Shown one piece after another: positions 54,303-64,000 of a stretch of 64,000 nucleotides of DNA. The translations under genes and the position numbers were made by a program. The stretch lies in the NCBI GenBank assembly GCA_002269645.1, contig NIVC01000142.1:741760-805759 (forward strand), written 5' to 3'. This DNA comes from Macrostomum lignano (lineage: Eukaryota). A model generated the notes under the pieces. The model searched no databases and was not told where the DNA came from. It was given only the letters and a program-made list of their open reading frames with translations. The number at the start of each line of letters is the position of its first letter. Position 1 is the stretch's first letter.

Positions 54303-57202
54303 AGTCAGTCAGTCAGTCAGTCAGTCAGTCAGTCAGTCAGTCAGTCAGTCAGTCAGTCAGTCAGTCAGTCAGTCAGTCAGTCAGTCAGTCAGTCAGTCAG
54401 TCAGTCAGTTAGTCAGTCAGTCAGTCAGTCAGTGATGCTGAGAGCTTCAGAACAGAGTGATGTGGTGGGCAGGTCCCACCCAGGCCCCTAGAGCAGCAGG
54501 CTCCGAGCCAAATTGCATTGCGCGCACTCCGCCAGCGGCATAATCCAATAACTGTTCGAGTTGGCAGGGAACGGAGGCAAAATTCGAGTGTTATTAAACG
54601 AATTAGATCGGAATTTTCGGGGCTTAAGAGATTACGGATAGCCGTGGACTGCCAGACTCCGGGGCCAGGCAGCACAGGGGAACTGTTAAATGGGAAAACT
54701 CTCTACCAAAATCCAATCAGTGCCCAGTGCTTGCAGTCTCCCCTCTTCCACCCTTCATCGAGTCAAAAGTCAAAAGCTGCACCGTGGAAAATTCGAATTA
54801 ATGAGGCCAAATGTCGGAGCAATGAGCTTATGAATTATGAGCCGTGTGCGCTTATGTTCGCAAGTATAAATTGGATTTGATTTGCCAAAAATAGGCCATT
54901 TGTCACCTCATTCCCCGGATGCAGACCGTTTGGCACTGAAGCCTCACCTGAAAGATTAATCTGCCGGGCTGGCCATTTGATTCTCCAGCCAGCAGCTTGC
55001 TCACACTGAGGCCGAACTTCAACCCTGCCCTAATCTTCAGTTTGCGTCAAAGAAAGCAATTCTAAAGCCAAATCACCCTGTCACGAGAAACAATAAAATT
55101 TTGGCTGAGCTAATTTTAACAGTCAGCCGCGGCAAAGCTGAGCAGTTAATCCTCTACTCTTGATACTGTACTATACGCCTCTGTAGACTGGCATAGGTCC
55201 AGTGCGTTGACAGGTCATGCATTTGGGGCAGTTGACAGTTGAGGGTCTGGGGAGAGACTCAATAACAGGAAATGAACTAACAACAAGCTGGCGCTAACCG
55301 AATGCTAAAGATATCTCAGATCAAGGGAGAGTGGCGCCGTTGCGGTATGTGAACTGGCGCAGAAACGATTTTTAGCCTTTTTATCCGTCTTTGTTGCCCT
55401 TTTGGCTTTTAGCTTCGCCTTCGGCTCTCACGAAGCACTCGATCAGCCAGGGAGATCTAGATTTAGGAGTCTGGATTGGAGTAAATGCATCTCCAGACTA
55501 GAATTATTGCCAGGGAGATCTAGATTTAAGAGTCTGGATTGGAGTAAATGCATCTCCAGACTAAAATTATTGCCAGGGAGATCTAGATCTAGGAATCTGG
55601 AATGGAGAAAATGCTTTTCATGGCTTGAATCAATGCCAAGGAGATCTATAGTTAGGAATCTGGATTGGAGAAAATGCATCATCTCCTGACTAGAATTAAT
55701 GCCAGGGAGATCTATAGTTAGGAATCTGTATTGGAGAAAATGCATCTCATGATTAGAATAATTGCTAAATGAAAAGCGACTCTATAAATTTTGTTTATAA
55801 AATTTTCTCACTCACTCGATTCACTCGAAATTCCTTTAAATTTAAGATTTTCGTTCAACTCGGGTATTATTTTTATGCTGAGTCTATAAATTACCTGCAG
55901 TCAAATAAAACTGCTTATTCTAATCCGTATTTTATACCCTTGGTATGGGGTCGGTCCCTTGCCCCAGATCCGCCCGCCTAGCAACCCTCGCCCTGCTCCC
56001 CCACACTGCTCCGATCCCCATATGAGCTGGCCAAGTCAGCGGCAGATCCTTTCCCGGGAGAGGATTTGTTGGGCGGAAGAAGGCACAGAAGAAGTGCAGA
56101 AGAAATGCTTGGCAGAAGCGACCATGTTAGCTTACAACTTATTAGGTAGCGGCTTGTAACCTGTTTTCCAGCGAAATTTAGCCAATTGAATTGATCACGA
56201 GTAGGTCAGATCAATCAGCTAGCACTCATCAGTCTATTCTGTGAGAGAGGACCCACAGTTGTGGCCAAGTCATTGTTGGTCAGTCTGGGAGTATGAGCTT
56301 GATGTCTGATTGTGCAAAAGTCTTCCATAAAGGGCCAACACCAGAAGCGCACAAAAATAAATTTATGAATACAGGAAAGTCAGGGCTATCTGCTTACACT
56401 CCTGCTAATGCTAATGCTCATGCTCATGCTCATGCTCATGCTCATGCTTCTTCTCAGGCAAGATGTGGTACCATGAGGCCTGATGCCTGTGACACTGGGA
56501 AACCGTTAAATGCTAAATAAAAAAACTTCAAAACTCACCATGACGAGCAATTACCCCCCCCCTCAAATTTGACAGCCAAAGAAAGCGATAAAAGAAGATG
56601 AGGAAGAAGACAATGAAGCTGATGACGATGAAGATCTGAGCAGTCAGCGGCTGCGTCCGCCGCCCGTGGAGCTGCGCGCGGATTCGGCATCGGAAGCGGC
56701 GGAGTCGGAGGCCGAGCCGGAGGCCGGAAGCCTCGCCGTAGTCGGCGGAGGAAGCGGCCTGGCCAGCGCCTGCAGCCATCAGCAGAGTCTGCAGGTGCCG
56801 CCGCGGAGGCAGCCGCGCCTCGCCGTTCAGCTGCTGGCCCCTGGCGGGCATGAACCGGCCTCGGCCGCGACATCTGTGCAAGAGCACTCGCGGGCCAGAC
56901 AAAAGATTTCTCTTAGCCGGGAGCGCCGAGCGTTGCGCACGCTTGGCATCATTATGGGGATTTTTATCCTCTGTTGGCTGCCGTTTTTTTTAGTTTACCT
57001 GGCCGGTGCGTGGGGCTACGCGCCGGAGAAGCGCCTGTTCCGATTGTTCGTCTGGCTCGGCTATGTCAACTCGGCGCTGAATCCCGTCATCTACACGGTG
57101 TTCAACGCCGACTTTCGGCGCGCCTTCGCCCGGCTGCTTCGCCTCAGCGCCGCTGCGGACAGCTCGCCTGACGCCGTGCGCTGCCTGCCGTGCCAGCGCT
57201 AG
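51529..57202 (+). CDS. Class A biogenic-amine GPCR, tyramine receptor 1 / alpha-adrenergic-like octopamine type, ~437 aa; exons 51529-52215 and 56576-57202
   Basis: TM1 GN, TM2 SLACAD, TM3 SDIFFCTASILNLAAIAVDRY (Asp3.32), TM5 FSALGSFYLP, TM6 ISLSRERRALRTLGIIMGIFILCWLPFF, TM7 WLGYVNSALNPVIY. One phase-0 intron lies within ICL3 (cgg|gtgagt ... gacag|cca). Confidence 0.93.
52243..52995. repeat. 22-nt G-rich minisatellite at the start of the GPCR intron
   Basis: Unit ggggctgttggggcggagagtc. Confidence 0.97.
54240..54432. repeat. (CAGT)n microsatellite
   Basis: Direct reading of the sequence. Confidence 0.97.
55446..55760. repeat. 63-nt tandem repeat, ~5 diverged copies, in the GPCR intron
   Basis: gccagggagatcta recurs at 55446 and 55509 and onward with diverging copies. 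Confidence 0.9.
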
Positions 57203-57374
57203 GCGCTGTCCGCTGATTGGCCCAACATCGGCAGACGTTCATTGAAAATTTCAGAGCTAACCTCCTTTTTGTGTCGGTCCTGCGTGTCAAACTAAAAACC
57301 AAAAAGTCGTTGAATTCCCCCCTAATACACGTTTCAATACCGACCCAGTGTGTACGCTTCCAAAAGCGATGCTT

Positions 57375-57950
57375 TGGACAATTAACAACTGCTCCAACTC
57401 TACTTGGCCCTAAACTCTTCTGACCATTTGTTATCAGTCCAGTGTGTCCCGTCCCCGCCGCCACAGTCTCGCACAATTAACAACTGCCCCAGCTCTACTT
57501 GGCCCTAAACTCTTCTGACCATTTGTTATCAGTCCAGTGTGTCCCGTCCCCGCCGCCACAGTCTCGCACAATTAACAACTGCCCCAGCTCTACTTGGCCC
57601 TAAACTCTTCTGACCATTTGTTATCAGTCCAGTGTGTCCCGTCCCCGCCGCCACAGTCTCGCACAATTAACAACTGCCCCAGCTCTAATTGGCCCTAAAC
57701 TCTTCTGACCATTTGTTATCAGTCCAGTGTGTCCCGTCCCCGCCGCCACAGTCTCGCACAATTAACAACTGCCCCAGCTCTACTTGGCCCTAAAATCTTC
57801 TGACCATTTGTTATCAGTCCAGTGTGTCCCGTCCCCGCCGCCACAGTCTCGCACAATTAACAACTGCCCCAGCTCTACTTGGCCCTAAACTCTTCTGACC
57901 ATTTGTTATCAGTCCAGTGTGTCCCGTCCCCGCCGCCACAGCCTCGCACA
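57375..57950. repeat. 95-bp tandem repeat, ~6 copies, downstream of the GPCR stop
   Basis: gcacaattaacaactgcccc starts at 57471, 57566 and 57661. Confidence 0.96.
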
Positions 57951-58952
57951 ATCAACAGAGAGCCAAACATGCATGTCGCTTTCAAAAGCTCGAAACTTTA
58001 CAGTCTCGAAAATTCACATCGTCAGAAAGTCTTGTCAGCCACATTGGCTCAACAAAACTTAATTTGAATCTGATTTTGTGAGAGCAATAATTCCAACATT
58101 ACCATGCATGACCTGGCAACTCGGTCGTTTCTTCTACGTTACTTCTCTAAGCTCACTTCACTGACGTCAAATACCCTCTCCGAACAGATTTAGCCCCGGT
58201 TGTCGAAATTTTATCCGTAATCTGTTGTTCAGTTAGCATGAGAACTTGCATGGGGAGTAGCAATTTTCAGTCGTATTTCTGTGTCAGCTCTCTTGTATCT
58301 GTTAAATCTACATCACTGTACATTAGTATTTAACCTTGTGTAGTCGTAACCATCTCGTTTACCTGCACGGCGCATCTAAACAATCTAAACTGGTGGCATC
58401 CAATTTCCAGAAGAGCGAATCGAAGAGCCTTCTAGAATAATTCTTAACTTAAACTTTGCTGTGCAGAAATAAACGCTGACCTTATCTGCAAGTGCTTATG
58501 TTTGCGACCATACAAACAAAGACAGAAAGAAGGCTTGGAACCAGGGCCCAACTAGCCATTAAATCCTTGTGTTTTACTATACAAACAGAGTTGTTAAATA
58601 CCGATTGCACACTGTGCGTCAAACAGCCTCGCGCGATCGCAGTTTACCTAGAAAATGTTTTATCCAAATCTGCTCAAAGCTTCTATTGAAATGGTAAAGT
58701 AAATTTGCTTTCTAGAAAAAGGGATTGCTTGCCAGTACAGTTTACACAGTTAAGAAGCTTCCTGGTTGCGCAAAAGTGCAACTGCCATTTGGCTGGCTAA
58801 GCTGCAGCAGATGCCGATGCCGAACACAGATACAGTTGGTCTGAGCCTGTATCTGTGCATGTGTCTGTGTACCAGAGCAGCTGATTTCCGCTGTCATAGC
58901 GCTGTACCTTGACAGCGCCGCTGTGTTGACATAGGACCGCCTGTCGGATTTC

Positions 58953-59820
58953 TTAGAGGCATCCTTTGGGGTGCTTCAGGGAGATACGCTTGCGCCGTTC
59001 CTGTTCGTAGTGGTGCTCGACTGGGTGCTGTGGACTGCCCTCCCTTCTAACAACGACGGCTTCCTGCTGCAGCGACGCGTGGGTCGACGCCAACCGGAGA
59101 GGCGGCTCAGCGTGCTTGGCTTTGCCGACGATCTCGCCCTGCTGTCCTCGACCGTCGAGAGCGCCCAGCGCCAGCTGGACCGGCTGGTGAGCGTTGTGGC
59201 GAGCGTCGGCCTGGTGGTCAACACGCAGAAGACCGTCGTGCTCTGCATCGAGGCTGCAATTTGCTGCCGAGGCGCTGACGGACAGGTGACGAGGCTTCCG
59301 CGCTGTCAGAAGTTCGTCTACCTCGGCGGTCTGGTGCCTGATGTTCGAGAGGACCTGTGATCCGTCGCTGTGGGCTTGCCTGGGCTGCCTTTCGTTCCGT
59401 GAAGTCCGTCCTGCAGTCCGAGGCCCTACCTGACCGCTAGAGGGCGGCGTTGTTCCAGGCGGTGATCGAGACCATCCTGTTGTACAATGCCGAGACCTGG
59501 ACGCTAGCGGAATCGCTCGAACAGCAGGTCTGCTGCGCACCGCCTTCAAAATCGGCTACGAGCGAGTCACCAATGCGGCACTCTATCGCCGCAACGGCCT
59601 GTCCCGTCCCAGCGAACAGTTGCGCCATCGGCAACTCCAGCTGGCAGGCCACATCATCCGAGCCAAGTTGTACTGCCCGCAGCCGGTGCAGGAGGTGCTG
59701 CTGCTGACGCCGCAGGCACCCTACCGGCGGGGGCAGGCGCGCACTCGGCGTTTCGTCGACTGCCTGCTGGCTGATGCCGGCGCCCCGGACACTGCCGGCC
59801 CAAGCCCTGTGACGTTGTCT
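58953..59820 (+). mobile_element. 5'-truncated, inactivated RTE-type LINE (RT domain plus C-terminus)
   Basis: GVLQGDTLAPFLF...LGFADDLALLS...VGLVVNTQKT...FVYLGG, then FQAVIETILLYNAETWTL and HRQLQLAGHIIRA; in-frame stops near 59358 and 59437 and a deletion. Confidence 0.9.
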
Positions 59821-59994
59821 CACGCTTGACTAGCTGACAAAATATTTGCTATTTGTTGTTGTTGTCTGTGTCTGTTGTTGTGCATGTGGCCGTCTGTCTC
59901 TGCATATGCTTCCAAGTCTGTGCCATTTCCTGACTGTCTTTGCAAATGTGCCCGGTTCAGTACGTAGACAATAAGATATAGGTAAGATAGTAAA

Positions 59995-60365
59995 AGACGT
60001 AGACAGTAAGATTGGTAGACAGTAAAATTGGTAGACAGTAAGAGTGATACACAGTAGGATTGGTAGACAGTAAGATTGGTAGACAGTAGGATTGGTAGAC
60101 AGTAGGATTGGTAGACAGTAAGATTTGTAGCCAGTAAGATTGGTAGACAGTAAGATTTGTAGCCAGTAAGATTGGTACACAATAGGATTGGAAGACAGTA
60201 GAATTGGTAGACAGTAGGATTGGTAGACAGTAGAATTGGTAGACAGTAGGATTGGTAGACAGTAGAATTGGCAGACAGTAGGATTGGTAGACAGTAGAAT
60301 TGGTAGACAGTAGGATTGGTAGACAGTAGAATTGGTAGACAGTAAGATTGGCAGACAGTAGAATT
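59995..60365. repeat. 16-nt minisatellite
   Basis: Unit agacagtaggattggt. Confidence 0.95.
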
Positions 60366-62299
60366 GGTTCTCTTTAGTAGCACTGAAAGTTTTTACAGCC
60401 GGTTGAGTTGCACTGCTTGGCCACGTCATTAGGACTTGGCTAATTGAGAGAGTTCTCAGGTGCGCCACAGGGGTCTCACTAATGACTAAAAGTCATCGAT
60501 AGACTTTAAGCACAGCCCGAGAGAAGCATTCTCGCGCTGGAAATAGCTCGCATGATTTTACAGACGAAAGCAGAGCCGGAGTTCGCCCTTCACATGATCC
60601 TCAACTCATGCAATTTATCAATAACAAGACATCAAAATACGTCGTAGAAGCGCGTGTTTTTCATTTCATTAGCAATTAAGATTTTATTTATTTTTTGCAT
60701 AAAAGTACAAGCTCGATAATCTAATTTTGGTGGGGCACTAGAGCTGCTGCTCGAGATGATCCAGACAGGAAATTTATGGATAGATTGCAGTCTTAAACCT
60801 GGCAGGCATCCGCGTTTGGCCTCAGCCTGAATTTCTTCTTTCGCAGAAGCAGGTCCGTGTACACACCGCACGCTAGTGCTCTCACTCTCTAACGCCCTCC
60901 TGTCCCGGCTCCGAGCACGCGTAGCGAGCGTGTCAAGAGGGTAGAAGACCGTGAAAAGTCTGTGCCGGGGCCTCGCCCTCGCCCTCGCCCTCTACTCTTC
61001 CCTTCCCCTTCTTGTTTACGGACTGCTGCTTCAGTGCGAAATTTTTTGGACCGGCGAGAGAGGAGGGAGTTGAAGCTGGCGATCCGGGCAGCGCCACTGG
61101 CCTCATATTTATTTATGAGCACTCGCTCTTTTGCTCGGCTGTTTCTCCAGCCTGAAAGTAGAGATAAGCGATTTATTCGCCAAGGTGATTCGCGCTGCTC
61201 AGAGCGGGGATTAGCTGCTCAATGCAAGCCTGGAAAGCCACTCGAAGCCTTGATTCGAGGCAGGCCTATCAAACATGAGTAAAAGAAGTTTGTTGCGCAC
61301 GATTTAATAATATGCAGATTAATCACGATGAAGCAGAGTCTACTTGTAAGTAGTAAACTGAGGTTTTTGGCTCAATTTCAACGCCGGAAGGTGGCGTTTC
61401 TTAGAAACGCGCGTTCAAAACGGCGCCAAAACGCTTCTTGCGCGGAATCATCTGCGGCGACTGAAAACAAAGGAATATCGAAAGTTATGCTACCGAATTG
61501 GGAAATCTATCTACAATGGTACTAGCTATCTACTTAAAGTAGCACTTTTGAAGCTGTATAGTCTTAATAAAATATCCATGTTTTGAGCTGCTTTGTGTGT
61601 CGCCGCCGATGTTGCCTTTCTAGGCCTAGAAAGATTGCTATCATAGTGTTAAGACCCCTCTGCCTGCGCTAATTACGGCTTAGCACTTTTTTCCTCTCAT
61701 TCCACGACACTTTACTTCACTCTCCTATGCCTCTCACCGTTTCGGTCAGAAAAGTACAAAAGCATTTTAGGGACAAACCAGCATAATTGGCTTTGCTTGA
61801 TATTGTGACGCGGTGCAGCTGACGCGGTTTTTTCTAAGATCCTTAAAGATTACTGTCTATTGGCTTTGCGAGGAATAAGTTTCAAAGATGTCAATCAGGC
61901 TTCGTTTAGTGATTCACCTAATCAGGGGTTGCGGAGCCTTCCATTATATCATATTTGCATGGAATTTTAGACCTACAGTAATTGACGGGATTGTAATTTT
62001 TATAGTTTTCACTTTGTCGTTTGTGATTTAGGCATCTTTTTTTGGCCGTGTCGGTTTGTATTTCTGGTATTCTGGGTGTATTTGGATGGTTCGCTTGCAT
62101 TCTCGTTTGTGTGTCATGCGTTGGATCACATTTCTATGCTCTTTTTTGTCTTTTTGCTTCTGTATCCGATTAAGATTAGGTTACGTCAGTTTGTTTTGTT
62201 GGTCCATTGTCAGTTTAATTGGTGGACCGCAGTTTAAACCTTTTCACTCTGGAGACTAAAAATAAGCTAAATCCCGTTCCCGTTCCAGGACTGGCCAAA

Positions 62300-62525
62300 T
62301 ACTATCCTGTGGTCAAGAGGGCTGGCCATAGACTGATTATTCTGTGGTCAACAGGGTCGACCATAGACTGTTCTGTTGTCAACAGGGCTGGCCATAGACT
62401 ATCCTGTGGTCAACAGGGCTGGCCATAGACTAACCTGTGGTCAACAGGGCTGGCCATAGACTATCCTGTGGTCAACAGGGCTGGCCATAGACTATCCTGT
62501 GGTCAACAGGGCTGGTCATAGACTA
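62300..62525. repeat. 31-nt minisatellite
   Basis: Unit gggctggccatagactatcctgtggtcaaca. Confidence 0.93.
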
Positions 62526-62631
62526 TTTTGTGGGTATAGCATTGCTAGCCATGTTCGTGGTAAGAACGGCTCTGTAGTACTCTAACTCTGCTTCAATGTC
62601 CCGTGCACAGCATATCTGGCTCCAAACTCAC

Positions 62632-63724
62632 CGAGGCTGCCCTGACGAATGGCGCGTGCGAATGATCGCAGACCTCCAGTCCGGGCTGCAGGGCGCAGTC
62701 TAAGCAGTCCGCGGCGTTAGTTGTCGATGCCAACTGTGACCGACGGGGCACTGCGGCGCGAACAGACGACGGCCGCTTCAGAGAGTGGAGCGACGGTCGC
62801 TGGTGGGGTTCGAACGGTTGGCGACATCTATGCAATTTGTCATCCTTTGTCTCTAATTCTTTTAGTTTTTTCTCATTTTTATCCACTAATTGCACAGGCG
62901 CGTTGGTTCACCGTATGGCAGTCATCTGACTGGCGCAGATAGCCAATTGACAGGTACTTTGATCGATGCTAGCCTATCCTGATTGTCACTGACAGTCAAT
63001 TGTCAGCTACTCGTTCACAAAGAAATGAAGGAGTTCCAAAATTTATTTGTGACAGGATAAAATCAGACAGGCGAGCAGTAATGGCTCCATTTTGTGCTTA
63101 CTTGTATCCTGTTTTTTGTAGTTCCAGATTTTTTATAGTTAGAAAAATTCTTCATATCAGACTACGAACAAAGTCGAATTATTTGACTTACCGCCCAGAC
63201 GTAGGGCCTGTTCACAGGGTGAGCATGCGGCGACTGCGCCTCGCACTCCGACTCTTCCCACTGCTGTAGCCGCTTGCGCAGTCGATTTCTGCGGTAGCAT
63301 TGGGGATCCATGTGAGTGTGACGTCATGATTGATGGCTTTTTATTTATTATCTTATAACTTTTGTATTCCATCCATGCCATCATCACCAATGGCTTGTTT
63401 TGTGTCTGACGTCATCGCCATAGGCTGTATGACGTCATCACCACTGGCTTTTACTGTATGACGTCATCACCACTGGCTTATACTGTATGACGTCATCACC
63501 ACAGGCTAATACTTTATGACGTCATCACCAATGGTTTATACTGTATGACGTAATCACCAATGTATTGCTTTGTGTTACGTCATCATCAATGACTCGTTTT
63601 ATGTAACGTCATAAATCAATGGCTTCTTTTTTTAACGTCATCGTGACTGTCATTTTAACTCATCAAAAGTGATGATGGTTTAAAGGACTCGCCTGCATCG
63701 AATAGCCGCAGCGGCGGCGCACAT
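62632..63724 (-). other. Candidate 5' exons of an unidentified spliced transcript: 63724-63693, 63288-63192 and an exon ending at 62632
   Basis: Strong donors gcg|gtaagt (63192) and tcg|gtgagt (62632), acceptor ctaccgcag| (63288), upstream CCAAT box near 63826; no recognisable protein. Confidence 0.4.
63315..63645. repeat. Decaying 29-nt minisatellite containing TGACGTCA palindromes
   Basis: Unit tgtatgacgtcatcaccactggcttttac at 63426, 63455, 63484. Confidence 0.88.
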
Positions 63725-64000
63725 GGCTAAGATGACGCAGCCGCAGGCTAGCAGCTGAGTCCGTTGTCTCAGCCGAGTCTCCGAGCCGGCCGCCTCAGTC
63801 AGCAAAGTTGACGTTGGCACGCTCTGATTGGCTGAGGGAATTTATATGTGTCATTTTATAGAGCTATCATTCGGTTTCACTTGAATGAAATACAAACGTG
63901 CATCAGTAATTTCTCTGATGTTGATGCTATTGACTTCAATGTGTTGTTATTGTTGTTGCGGGGAGAATTGATTACTAGAGACGGGAACTCCATATTCTCT

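Noticed and set aside
58971-59360. Active or domesticated reverse transcriptase
   Set aside because: 5'-truncated with stops and a deletion; no endonuclease domain.

Overview
Eukaryotic, intron-containing, repeat-rich animal DNA; no prokaryotic features. GC-rich exons, abundant mini/microsatellites and RTE-type LINE relics resemble a free-living flatworm such as Macrostomum, but that is inference. Six protein-coding genes were assembled by hand with phase-consistent splice sites: SF3B1 (minus, 1-5195; C-terminus runs off the window, N-terminus not found); a secreted PAN/apple-like plus four C-type-lectin-like domain protein (minus, 13800-18103); a two-pore-domain K+ channel (plus, 21298-24069); a DEG/ENaC channel resembling the FaNaC clade (plus, 27752-35488); a single-exon candidate amidated neuropeptide precursor ending QMRYG-stop (minus, 41307-41621); and a tyramine-receptor-1-like GPCR (plus, 51529-57202). 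Most long ORFs in the supplied track are translations of tandem repeats. The best leads are (i) the FaNaC-like channel lying tail-to-tail with an MRY-amide precursor, a possible linked ligand-channel pair, (ii) two stop-containing cassette-exon candidates in the SF3B1 intron equivalent to the alternatively spliced human intron, (iii) paired loss of two thumb disulfides in the channel, and (iv) intronic minisatellites that appear seeded from splice sites. All gene models are manual and unverified by RNA data.
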